A DNA stretch of 64,000 nucleotides from Haliotis rufescens. Lineage: Eukaryota. The notes beneath the pieces were generated by a model that saw nothing but the letters and a program-made list of their open reading frames with translations, was not told the origin of the DNA and did no database searches. Both the position numbers and the translations under genes were made by a program. Below are positions 11,287-22,907 of this stretch, piece by piece; the first letter of the stretch is position 1, and every line of letters begins with the position of its first letter. Location of the stretch: assembly GCF_023055435.1 (NCBI RefSeq), contig NW_025964353.1, positions 1,550,001-1,614,000 on the forward strand. Direction: 5' to 3'.

Positions 11287-11445
11287 TGAGTGAGTATGGT
11301 GTTACGCCGCTATTAGCAATATTCCAGCAATATCACGGCGGGAACACCAGAAATGGGCCTCACACATTGTACCAAAGGGGAACTCGAACCCGGATCTTCG
11401 ACATGACGAGCTAACCCTTTAACCACAGGGGTACCCCACCGTCCG
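11287..11445 (-). mobile_element. SINE family A copy just downstream of the TRAF6-like stop
   Basis: Same sequence; TSD CATGTTTAG. Confidence 0.85.
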
Positions 11446-11508
11446 TGCCATGTTTAGAACACTATGCCTACGCATGATACTCGAGACTAAATATCCAGGT
11501 ACATGTCA

Positions 11509-14500
11509 TCAAATGTTAGCACTGTCTTCATCCATATCGACGGTGATGGTGTTAGTCCCTGCGTCGGCAACGTCGTCGTCCGACGTAGTTGAAACAGAAT
11601 CATTGTTGGACTCGCCTCGGAGTCTTTGAATATGTCGACGTTGGACCTTCATGATGACTTCCTGTCTCACGGCCAGACTGAAACATCGAGATAAACATAC
11701 ACTGAATGAGTGAGTGAGTGAGTTGGGTTTAAGGCCGCTTTGAATAATATTCCCGTTATATCGCGGCGTGTCAGCTTAATGTGGGAGGAAAGCCCGAAGT
11801 GATGCAGACCACTTCGGTGAAACCCACGAGAACGGGTCTGGTGCCGACAAACCTAGAAACATAATCGGGGCGAACCGGGAGTCGAACCCATTATCCACGT
11901 TTCTGGAGTCGTAAGGGGCTTCCGAATAAATTAACTTTCGATATAAATAATCGAACCTTGAGTTCGATGTGACGAGCGAAACCTTTAACCACTACCCCAC
12001 CGCCTCATAAAATTGACAATTGGGTGTGCACTCACCCTTTGAGATCTTCCACGTCGTTAGTGAGGGACTCGACTGTGATCCGGAACTTCTGCATCTCAGA
12101 CCGCAGATGGAGCTCGTTTTCGGCCATCAGGGCCAGGTGTTGCTGCCAGTAATCTTTGTTATGTTTCTCAAGGTTCTGGCGCTTTTCCTTAAAGAAAGAC
12201 CCCGTCTAACCAATAACATTTATCTCAGAAGAATAAAATACAAATGCCAAAGTTAGATTCCACGTGCCATTATTGAATCTTTTTTGTGTTGCCATTATTC
12301 TGTAGAATACTCAGATGAGCGAACGACCATGAGGCGATGACACCGTTATGCATTACTGCCCTCGGGCGTCGGGCAATCGTATTCTTTACCTGTTCTTAAC
12401 TATTCTTTGCTTTGTCTGAGCATTTCTTACATAAGGATTACCGCGACTGTTTACTGAAAACAAGATCTGTAAAATGAAACTTCCGCCTTGCAAAACAAGG
12501 CCCGCTTCTATTGACGTGAATCCGCGCACCTGCAGCTCTCCGTTTTCCTTCTTGTGACATACCTCAGCCTTGCACCCTAGTCTGTGGAAAGTGCATCTGA
12601 CCTCCACCAGAGGGCAGTCCTGCTCGATGTGATCCGGGATGTTCTTCCGGAGAATGCCCACAGCTCCACACACCGTGCACGTGACCGGGAACTTCTCACA
12701 CTCCAGTAGGTGGTGCATCTGTGCAGAACGTCAGGGCAAAATTAACGTGGGGTTTAGTTTTGCAGTAAAGTACTTTTCAGACACATTCACAGGTTATGTC
12801 AATGTATTTACAGGGATGTGAGCAGGTTGATGCCCCCCATAATTTTTTTAAACATTTGATTGCATTTTAAGCAATTTCGTGCAGTTTGGACAACATTCAC
12901 TCCAAGAAATGTAATAAGTCAATGTCAAATAAACAAAGATGACGGATGCAGTAAAATGTCGAAGTTAAATCAGTACTTTTTAAAAAATCGGGCATAGCTT
13001 CCTCGCAACAGGCTATCCGCCGGGTCTGGGAGCAATACGGCCATAAACTGCACCGCCGCGTCTTCACTTCGTGTCTGAACCAGACAATCCAGTGATTAAT
13101 ATCATAAGCATCGACCTACTTAACTGGCATGCGATGACATGCATCAACCAAGTCAGCAAGCCTGACCACCTGACCCCGTTAGTCGCCTCTTACGACAAGC
13201 ACGGGTTGCTGAAGACCAATTGTAACCCGGAACTTCACGGGTGGAATGTCTTAACTAAGCAGCAAGGACTTCTGAAGAAACGCCGGCATAAAGGTAACTT
13301 ACTGGTCTGTCCGCCAATGCCAACGTTATGTGGCAGTGGTCACACGCGACGGGCCTTCTCCTGCAGGAGGCCATGTGGGCCACCGCTTCCCCGCGTGTCA
13401 CCGTCAGCCCACAGTTGTACTCGCATGGCAGGGGGGCCATCTGACAGGCATCCTTGTGATCCTGGGGGACAAACAACTTGTTGGTGTTTGAGTCACATCA
13501 AGTACATCTTCCCGAGGCAAGAGGGTTAACTGACTATAAAAGAGGAAACTGGACTTTTATAGTCAGTTAAAGCCCTTGTCTCGAGAAGATGCAAGAGGTA
13601 CTAGTCAAAGCATAAGCGTTAGTCAAGATAAACCACAGACATGTATAAAAAATAGGAAGCATAGATCCTATCCTTTATTATATTAATTTTAACAAAAATT
13701 CTCCTTGTCACTGTTATATTATGAATGGTTTACTTGTTAAAAGCTAGTAGTGGAGTAGGCTGTGTGTTCATATTGGCACGAAGGAGAAAATATTATTTAT
13801 AGCAGTTAGCAATATTCCACGGCCTGTAACCAGTGATGTATAGCATGACAACTGTCAGCGCCTTTGTTACACGATGACAAACAGTCTAGCCATACATTGA
13901 GATTGTCGTCGCCAACAGCAGGCACAGGTTGAAGAAGATCAACTGGAATTAGAGCCCCGCCCGGTTAATATTGTGAAGGGGTTTTATAAGTCAGGTAAAT
14001 TTTGTTTGTTGCTTAACGCCGCAGTCGGCAATATTCCAGCTGTATGAGGGCTGTCTGTAAATAACATTCGTCACCACTCGCCCCTTTCCGTAATCCACAA
14101 GATGACTCATCCTCCTATCGATGAATGCTATGTTCGAAAATACGACAAACTAATCAGAATGCGCGTTGACTTGAAGTACTTCGGTCAAAGAATCCATCAG
14201 AAATAATTTTTGAGTTTACATGTCTTGCATTAACAATAAACCCAAGATATAGTTAAATGTGTTCAATCAAACTGTATAATACTGTAAGACCCGATGTGTT
14301 TGAATTAGAATCTGTATGATATATGGGGTGAATATACGTGAATCATTTCGCAACGAGGTGACAATTCTTTCAGCTATGCACATTTGCTCTTAGACGGAGC
14401 TCACGTGTCGCTATTCGGATTGTCCCGGAACACACGAGATGGTCACGAATGTGTAAATACATGTAATACACAATTGGGGATATGATGACGTACATTAACG

Positions 14501-17500
14501 AAGTCAGAGAGGCTTACCAACCGACTCCATTTGTCGCCTCGTACAAGCATGGATTACTGAAGACCAATTCTAACCCGGATCTTCACGTGTTTTTGAAATC
14601 AAGTCTTTGACTGGCATTTTATTACAATAACTTAGAAAAATACACGAAACCTTTATACTTGTTTGTAACAACGTTTGGAGGCGACATATATTATGCTGAT
14701 AAGTGTCCATCCGACGTTGATTTGTACTCACTCCCACCATACTGAAATGTCCAAGTGTACGTACAGGAAAGACGTGGTGTTTAAGGGGGTCACTACCAGC
14801 TGGATGGTCTCCCTTGGACTAGCTGCAGACTAATGGGGCATGGCCGCGTTCACTTACCTGGAGTTCCCGGAGCTCCCCCTTCCACTGGCATCGGTCATCA
14901 CCTTTGTTGTGGTCGCATTTGACGGTCAAGGACAGGACTTCACGTCTGGTGGCGTTGTCGGGAAACACCTGACGGAAACGACGATGTCGACATACGAATC
15001 ATGCATATATATGTTGTTAACGATCAAACGCATGCCAGATCGGGTTCGCTTTTAAAAGACATTTTTCTTCAAAGCAAATTACGGATGAAGTCTCTCCTTA
15101 AACTAGGTCTCTTGGGGTGACAATGATAATTAACAGCGAAACAGGGAGTGGGTGATTAAAGACGTAGACAGCATTGCAGATGTCACAACGGCCTGTAAAT
15201 GAGTTTACCAATTAACCAATGTTTAAAACAAAGGACAATTATCCACACACTTAGGGCACGACAACACGCCTTTTATCACCCAATTTTAGTCGGCTTTTAA
15301 AAATATCATTGGTTTAGGGGGAAATACTCTTACCCAGAATCTCCATGGTGTTTTGTTCTAATTACTAGCAGGAGGACGTATTGGTCACAATGTCGGTATC
15401 AATAAATTAAACAAGGCAAATTGAAAATTGCCAAGGAAAAGGAGTTGATAGGTTTCGCAAGTTCCGAAAGAGTTGCAGCTACCCGTAGAGCTATGGGTAA
15501 AATATGCGCTCACAATACATGCAAATGACACAGTAACATGGACGCAAAGGGTGAAATTGTCTGAATATGTGTATATCTTACCTCTCCCCGTACTCTGAAC
15601 CATCTGTTGTCCACGGGACACTTGGCACAGGTTCTTGCTCTGTGAATGTTTGGAAGACAGAAACATTAACTTTACACGGGGCACACAGATACGATCATTG
15701 ATCACGGTTACTACACAGTTATTGGCGGTGACCTGCACAGAAGGTATACGGTAAACGTTTCGTAATAACTATATATAGCAGTGATGGAGTAGTACCTTAA
15801 TGAGAGGTTGAGGTTACTTCCGCCAGACATTGAGACCACGGGAGCATACCTAGCAATATATGGAAATTAGCGAGTGATTTGCCTTCATACAGTTGATATC
15901 ACAATAACTCTGTATAAAACGTAAACATTCCACCATCGCACCTTGAAATCAGCGGAAAGGTATGGAAAGGCTTATTCCTGATAACGTGGTAGTTATTTAA
16001 GAAAATTACGTATCTGCACAGGTAAGTAAATGCAGGTGTTAAAGTTTTGTTTGTTTGTTTGTTGTTTAAAGCCGCATTCAGCAATATTCCTGCTACGTGA
16101 CGGCGGTCTGTAAACCAGACAATCCAGTGATTGACAGCATGAGCATCGATCCACGCAATTGGGATACGATGACATGCATCATCAACCAAGTCAGCGAGCC
16201 TGACCATCTGATCCCGTTAGTCGCCTCTTACGACAAGCATAGTCGCCATTTACGGCAAGCAGAGGTTGCTGAAGACCTTCACGGGTCAAGTGTTAAAGTG
16301 AAGAATATCATATCTACATAAAGACCAGTATGCCTTAATGTTGTATAACCTGTTGTGATCATAAATAACCGCTCGGTAATTACCATATATCTTGCAAGGT
16401 ATACCTTTCCTCGGTCAGATACTGGGGTCTCGGGGAGATATACGATCTCAGTGAGAGGGAATCTCCGTGGATAATCAATATAGGAATATTTCGTAACTCA
16501 CTTAATGACGCCTTTCAGACACTCTTCGCAAAATCTGTGTCCGCAAGAAGTCTGAACCGCTTCCCGCAGGACCGCCAGACAGATTGGGCACTGGTACTTC
16601 CGGTCTACTTCGGGGTCAAAATCGTGGTCAAACCCGTGGATCTCCTGAATACTCACTTCCTCGACGCTCATCCTGTCTGGACGAAGGACATCATTTCCAT
16701 TACATTACATTTCGGGTAGAGCACATGTTTTATACCACAGTCAGCAACGATTACGACTAAGTGTCCCATGAGTCAAAATTGGGGCAGACCGGTGCTTGAA
16801 AGCATGATGAACAACAATCAACAGTCATAGTACGATGAAACACAATCAGATAGTTCACACATTATTACCACCCGATCTTACTGTAAGTATTCCGCCAAAA
16901 ACACTATTCCAATATCAAGGCCGCTGAGGCATCCTGCATGGAGTATTGAATGATATACTTATTCTGTCCTTGAGCCCGCTCCACAAAACGATCGCAGCGT
17001 TTAGCTGTCGTAAGTCTGTTAAAGTATGGGAGTTACGATCGTCTTAGCACTACGATCGCTTTGTGGAACAGGGTCCTGGAATCTTAACGGGTTACATACA
17101 GAAAAACTTTTTGTAACAGGCGACTATGCTTGTCCTACAAAAACGGATGAAACTTGAAAACGGATTTTCTATAAAATCAAAACGCCACTCGGCTGAAAAC
17201 AGACGCCGAAACACTGCAAACTTAATTTTACCGTCGAATAACTATTTCTTGTTTGTTTCATTTTTAGCAAGGGGCGAAATGTAACTACTCCCTATTTACG
17301 CCGAAGACCGTGTTCGATTCCCTACATGGGTACAATATATGAAGCACCCATTTCTGGTGTCCCCCGCTTTTAGCAATATCACGGTAGAAATGGGCTTCAC
17401 ACATTGTACCTATGTCGGGAATCAAACCCTGGTCTTAAGCGTGACGAGCGAACGCTTTAACCACCAGGCTACCAGACCACCCCGTCTCTGTGACGACCAG

Positions 17501-17861
17501 CATCTGATAAATAGTTAAAATGAACCAACACTCTGAAATTCACTACTGATGTGACCAAATCCGATCCTGTTCGTGTCAGAAAATAGGCATTACAAATCCT
17601 TCAGAGTATATCCTCTATTCTCAAATGTCATCTAACCTCCATTCCAATACAACCAGTATACGCCCGGGTTTTTTAATGAGGAAATGACCAATTCTGTTTT
17701 CTTAAGATGCACCTGTTATAATAAGCTGATCAAGGTTTTCTCCGCTTACTTCTAAACACCAAAATTTATGTAACTTCTTGATATTTTTTTGCAGATATAA
17801 CGAGCGCTTCTAAATTTCAGATTTCGCACTTTGGTAGTGAACGGTTCTTACCTGTGGGCAT
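11509..17861 (-). CDS. TRAF6-like protein (RING + TRAF zinc fingers + coiled coil, no MATH domain), ~329 aa, 8 coding exons
   Basis: Exons 17861-17852, 16676-16502, 15639-15582, 14968-14858, 13461-13303, 12718-12563, 12187-12036 and 11677-11509, all GT-AG, total 990 nt in frame. The protein includes EIHGFDHDFDPEVDRKYQCPICLAVLREAVQTSCGHRFCEEC...KCPVDN...VFPDNATRREVLSLTVKC...DCPLVEVRCTFHRLGC, closely following the TRAF6 N-terminal half. Confidence 0.88.
11705..11890 (-). mobile_element. SINE family D copy
   Basis: Reverse complement of the 31312 element body. Confidence 0.7.
13070..13242 (-). mobile_element. family B copy, 3'-truncated
   Basis: Same body and head. Confidence 0.8.
14002..14588 (-). 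mobile_element. family B copy split by a ~400 bp insertion
   Basis: Tail at 14002-14062 and head at 14470-14588. Confidence 0.6.
16046..16286 (-). mobile_element. family B copy
   Basis: Near full length; TSD GTGTTAAAGT. Confidence 0.85.
16972..17078. mobile_element. ~100-bp palindromic MITE (PIF/Harbinger-like by inference)
   Basis: TCCACAAAACGATCG...CGATCGCTTTGTGGA arms around TTAAAGTATGGGAGTTACG; relatives at 51716-51818, 53575-53632 and 56918-57020. Confidence 0.65.
17298..17484. mobile_element. two SINE A fragments in inverted orientation
   Basis: A plus-strand fragment (17298-17365) abuts a minus-strand copy (17366-17484). Confidence 0.75.
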
Positions 17862-19179
17862 GTTACAAGCTTGATTTGACAGATCACCTGCAGCTGTTTG
17901 ATGCAGAACAACGCTGCTGATATCTTAAGTATAGGAGGGAAGTGACACTTGAGCTGGCATCACCCGCTCGTCTTTTTTTTAAATAACAGCTTGGGCGGTT
18001 GTCAACAGAGCAATTATCAGGCGCTTGTCACTCAAGCTGACTTGTTTCCCGACAATGTTGGTAATGGCCATACTTTAACATTGTGTTTACAATCCGAGCG
18101 GTGTAAGCGTTGATTGGTCTCCTTGGCACGTGCAATGACCTCCTTTCGTCACAAGCTCGGGTTTTAACGCACGTCCACCACGAGATTAGTGGATGATTCA
18201 ATGGACTCAGTTTAATAGACATTTACACACGCCTAGTTTCCGCATGTATACGGCGGTCAAAATATATTTTTTAAAAATTTCGTTGATGTTCTTAGATCAT
18301 ATGAACTGAAACGTTGTAATTTTACTTGTAACGAACTTCATTGTACACCTCCGTATTGATTGATCTGAGTCGATATTTTCAAATGAAAGATTTGTCTGTT
18401 ATCTTAACAATATTTCTGAATGTGAGTTTCTCTTTTTCAGAGAAGGCGCGGAAACAACTTTTTTGAAAAAAGAAGGGGTGCATTTTAAATACAACATGCA
18501 AGGTGATGCAAATAATTCGCAAAAAACATATTGCGTTTGGTTGTGTTATATCTGTTGAAAACATATCAAATAGTATTCTGGTCAAGGGCGGATCCAGCAT
18601 TTTTAAAAGGGAGGGGTCCAAAATATACTCTCTGCCTACAACATACTACTGTATAGACAGTCTACAAGTACAACATACTAAATTTGGCTTTCAAAAAAAA
18701 GGGGTAGGGATCTTCCGGCTGTATATGTGTTTGTGGGCAAGGCCGTAGTTAACTTTTTTTTGACAGGGGGGTATCACTTGTCCCAAACTTGATTCAAATA
18801 AAACTGTTTTCTATATAAAAAAAATCCAGGGGGAGCAACTGCCCACCCTGTCCCCCCGGCTGGCTACGGCACTGGAGGGGGTGGGGTGGGCTTATGGGGG
18901 ATACGGGATTGAGATTTGAGTTATCGAGTCAGACCAAGACAATTTAGTCATTGATATTGTGAACAACGATCCACGCCCTTGGGGTATGGTGACACAATCA
19001 ACGAAGACACTGAGTGGGGCCACTCGATCCACGTGGGCGCCTCTTGCGACCAGAATAGGTTGCTGTGGACCTAGTGAAACCCGGAATCACCACGGCCTGT
19101 ACCTGAAGATTTGTGTCAGAAGATTATCAGGGTGCCGCATGCATATCATAAGTGCCGACTTATGAGGACTTGTCATTTA

Positions 19180-19529
19180 CCGTATTTCCTCTATTAGACG
19201 CCTGGCCTCTAATAGAAGCCGGGTCATTTGTTCAGTGCAAAATAGAAGCCGGGCCTCTAATAGACGCCGGGTCGATCAATTGATACAATTAATGATCCCT
19301 TTTTGGGACCTAAATTACATAATGAGGACTCCCTTTGAGATATATCTTCGGATATCTACGAACACAAAATATTTCCATTTCTTGACGATTCGGGACATTC
19401 GTGGTCATAGTGAAATGGGGGTATCAATAGAAGCCGGGCCTCCAATAGACGCCGGGCCTCTAATTGACGCCGGGTCAAAGGCTTGTCCGAAATAGATAGA
19501 ATCCCAGGCGTCTAATAGAGGAAATACGG
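19180..19529. mobile_element. Tc1/mariner (pogo-like) MITE
   Basis: TIR CCGTATTTCCTCTATTAGACGCCTGG / CCAGGCGTCTAATAGAGGAAATACGG, flanked by TA; internal ATAGA(A/C)GCCGGG repeats. Confidence 0.85.
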
Positions 19530-19597
19530 TAGCTAGAATATTGCAACAGTACAGAAACACACAATCACACATACTTATGACGATCAGGCAAAGTTTT

Positions 19598-19827
19598 TTT
19601 TGTTCTTGTTTGTTGTTTAGCGCTGCACTCAGCAATATTCCAGCTATATGACAGCGATCCACTCTGGATCAGACAATCCAGTGATTGATATTATGAGCAT
19701 AGATTTAATCAACTGAGATACAATGACATGAATCCAAGTCAGCAAGCCTGACCACCGGATCCTGTTTGTCACCTCTTAGGGCAAGCATGGGTTGCTGAAG
19801 ACCTATTCTACCCTGGATCTTCACAGT
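19598..19827 (-). mobile_element. family B copy
   Basis: Same body and head. Confidence 0.8.
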
Positions 19828-20695
19828 GAACTGTCTCCATTGATACTAAACCTTCTAAACCGACAACTAAAGATATTGCTATGTGAACTGGTTGATTGAC
19901 TGCAATCCTACCCAAATTCTGTTGATTGTGGTTCATGCTATCATCCAATTTTCTGCCTCCTGAACTTGACTTAATAACTTACATGCAATGATATTGTTCA
20001 GATTACAAGATCATAACTTGATGAACAAGTCTTATGATAAGTGTATAAATAAGAGAAGAGAAATGCCATTATAAGTTATATGCTATTGTGTGTTTGTCCT
20101 GCCAGATAATGAACAAGAATTCTTTATGATTTTTACCATTAATCTGCACAATATTGAATGAAATTCAACTTTTACCCAAAACCTTATGCCATCACAACTA
20201 TGGCTGAAGAAATCCTCATAAATGTAGGTAAGCACAAGACCAAGAAGTACATATTTGGGATATTTATTTTATTCTGTTTTTCATCCAACAGACCAATATA
20301 AATCAAGATATCACAGACTTTGGTATATAAAAATAGAAAACCTAGTAAAGTGTACATAAACACATGGAAATATCTGGAAGGATTTGAAGATGACTTTCAA
20401 TCTGTCTTATGTCGGAAAATAAAATTTGTATCAGTTCACAGCAACAGAAATAATCTTTCCACTGCACATGTATATTTTCTGAGATTGAAGACACAGGTTA
20501 CTTATGTATATGGAAAGTTTGTATGTGTATAGACAATTTTTTTATCACAATCCAGTTAAAAGAAAAACTCCAGATTGCATCATTTTCAAGACTTAGTAAT
20601 TTTTCACAACACTGAAACAAACAGATATATGAATACATGTAATACTGACATTGTAACTTGGGTATACAATCACACTGAACCAAATCAGCCAACTA

Positions 20696-21245
20696 CAGTC
20701 AAACCTCAATAGTCAGGACCTCGTTAATCCAGAATCCCTGCATTCCAGACAACTTCTGTTGTGTATGTACTGAACAAACATAAAGGGATTTACACCCATA
20801 CCCAGGATTCATTAACTGTTGAGCGCCTCCGTTGACCAAGCGTCTGCCCAGTAGGTCGGGGGTTTGATCCCAGTCCACGTCATACCAAAAGACGTTAACA
20901 GATGGTACTTCTTGTTACCCTGCCTTGAGCTCAGCACTAAGGGGATAAATCAAGGACTCGTATACTGTGTCTGAGTGGAGTATTCATGTTACATATGTGG
21001 TATGGTATCTCAGTTGGCTAGCACTATAAAACCAGCATTTGTCCGAACTAGTTCAAGCAGCCATACACACACTGACAAACACACATGTATGCAGGTGCAT
21101 ACATAATTTTGCTATATAAGTGCAATATACTTGAACGCTTTCTTAAGCCCCATTTCATCTCACATAATTAATTGGGGGATCTATATACTAGTACCTGAAT
21201 CTTTTAACTGGGAACAGTGCTGTCTGGATGAGCAGGGTTTCACTG
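20696..21245. mobile_element. Tc1/mariner-type MITE carrying a nested SINE
   Basis: TA|CAGTCAAACCTC ... GGGTTTCACTG|TA imperfect TIRs. Confidence 0.6.
20822..21165 (+). mobile_element. SINE family C copy nested in a MITE
   Basis: CGCCTCCGT...GTCATACCAAAAGACGTTAACAGATGGTAC... Confidence 0.75.
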
Positions 21246-22907
21246 TACAGAGTAATATGACTTTGGGAATACATGGAATAGAGACCTCAAACGGCTGCTG
21301 CTGAGACACACGTAGCACTAACTGGCATTACATAGCTTATATGTACAACACATTTGTTAATAAAATACAAACTCTTGCAAACAACAAACAATGAATAAAC
21401 TGGCAAATGTTGAAGGCTAACCTGTGAGTAAATATTCTTCCTAATTTGTTTTGTTTGTTTACAACCTAGTGTATAATCTTATAAAACACATTCTGTCAGG
21501 TGTTGGAAGTCTGATATCTTGGAAATTTCACTGGCAAATAGGCTTCTTGGTGATTATATAAGTTCTAATATGGCTTTATATGTTTAACATTCAGCATCAC
21601 ACCAAAATTGTAACTACTGCAAGAAATTTTTTATCACTTGTTTTATAGGTCTTCCCCTCAGCAGAATATACAAGTAAATCTGTAATGGGGAATAACTGTG
21701 TCGAGTAACCTATATCTCCAAACCTACAGTGGGGAAATTGTGACTGTCGTTTCTTGCTTGGTTCAGTAAATACTCAACATGAGGAGAAAGGATACAATGC
21801 CCCCACAATCGTTCAGCAGAGAAAGCTATATGTGTCTTATACACAAGATAATATTCTGAGAGGCACAATGCAGTAATAATTAGGTCACTGATTTGATCCC
21901 ATTCTGGATTTGGGTATTTTTGGTATAAAATAATGTAAAACAAGTTATTAAATTGGTCTAACATATTATCATAATGCCTACCTTAACCATTGATTTTAGA
22001 GTGGATTTTATCGTATACATAGAAGTATATGAATTTCACATTCTAATTTTACTTCAATTGGACAGTGTTAATACAGCTAGTTTGTCCTGCTTGCCTAAAC
22101 ATGAACAGGTCTGTTAATAGTCTCATTTCAACAGTTACTATACCTTTTCTGTTATGTCTGACAAAGTGTTAGAGAGTATCTGTGACTTGTAAGCTTTAAG
22201 ATCGCATGTCACTCCTATACATCAGAGAGTTTGTTGAGATAGCATGAAGTACAACAGACATGTATCACACTCATATGTTAGTTAACACATCATCACTTAA
22301 CCCTAACCCTTCTCAAAGGCATCACAATGGCACTTTCAATACAACACTCGATACAGTAGTTTATATCCAATCACTGGCATACTTTACACAGGAAAACTAT
22401 TTTAAAGCATTTTTTTCCACGTTTTTATACTATAACAAAAATAACCTTAAGATTTGTTGTGAAGAATGTTTAAAGATGTTCTTAATTATTAGCAATTAAA
22501 AACCTTAAACAATAGGAAAAATGGAATTTGAAAGTAAAATTGCAAAACAAATTTCTTATCACGCTTTCTTAAGTTATAATGAAATACAAAGGATTTAATG
22601 AAAGAAATATGTTTCTTCGTAAAAATACAAATTAAAAGAGTTCATAATATTGATGTACTATTGGAGGTTTGGTTATTATTGAAACGGACAAGAGACATGG
22701 AAGGATCTAATTTGATTCCTTAAGTGCGATGGTGGAATGGACCAAGTAATAAACACAAACCTGTCCAACACACAAATCATCAGCTTGGTAATCATTTATA
22801 AGAGTTCTCTGTAGAATTGGAATTATTAAAGTTTTTGTTGTTTTCTAAACTGGCAGGTTGTCTCTAAGTCATGCTTTTTGTGAAACAGTTTCAATTAAAT
22901 AAAGTGT

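Noticed and set aside
15640-15738. Longer TRAF exon using the acceptor at 15733
   Set aside because: The shorter acceptor at 15640 gives the TRAF6-like KCPVDN frame without insertion; the upstream site does not.
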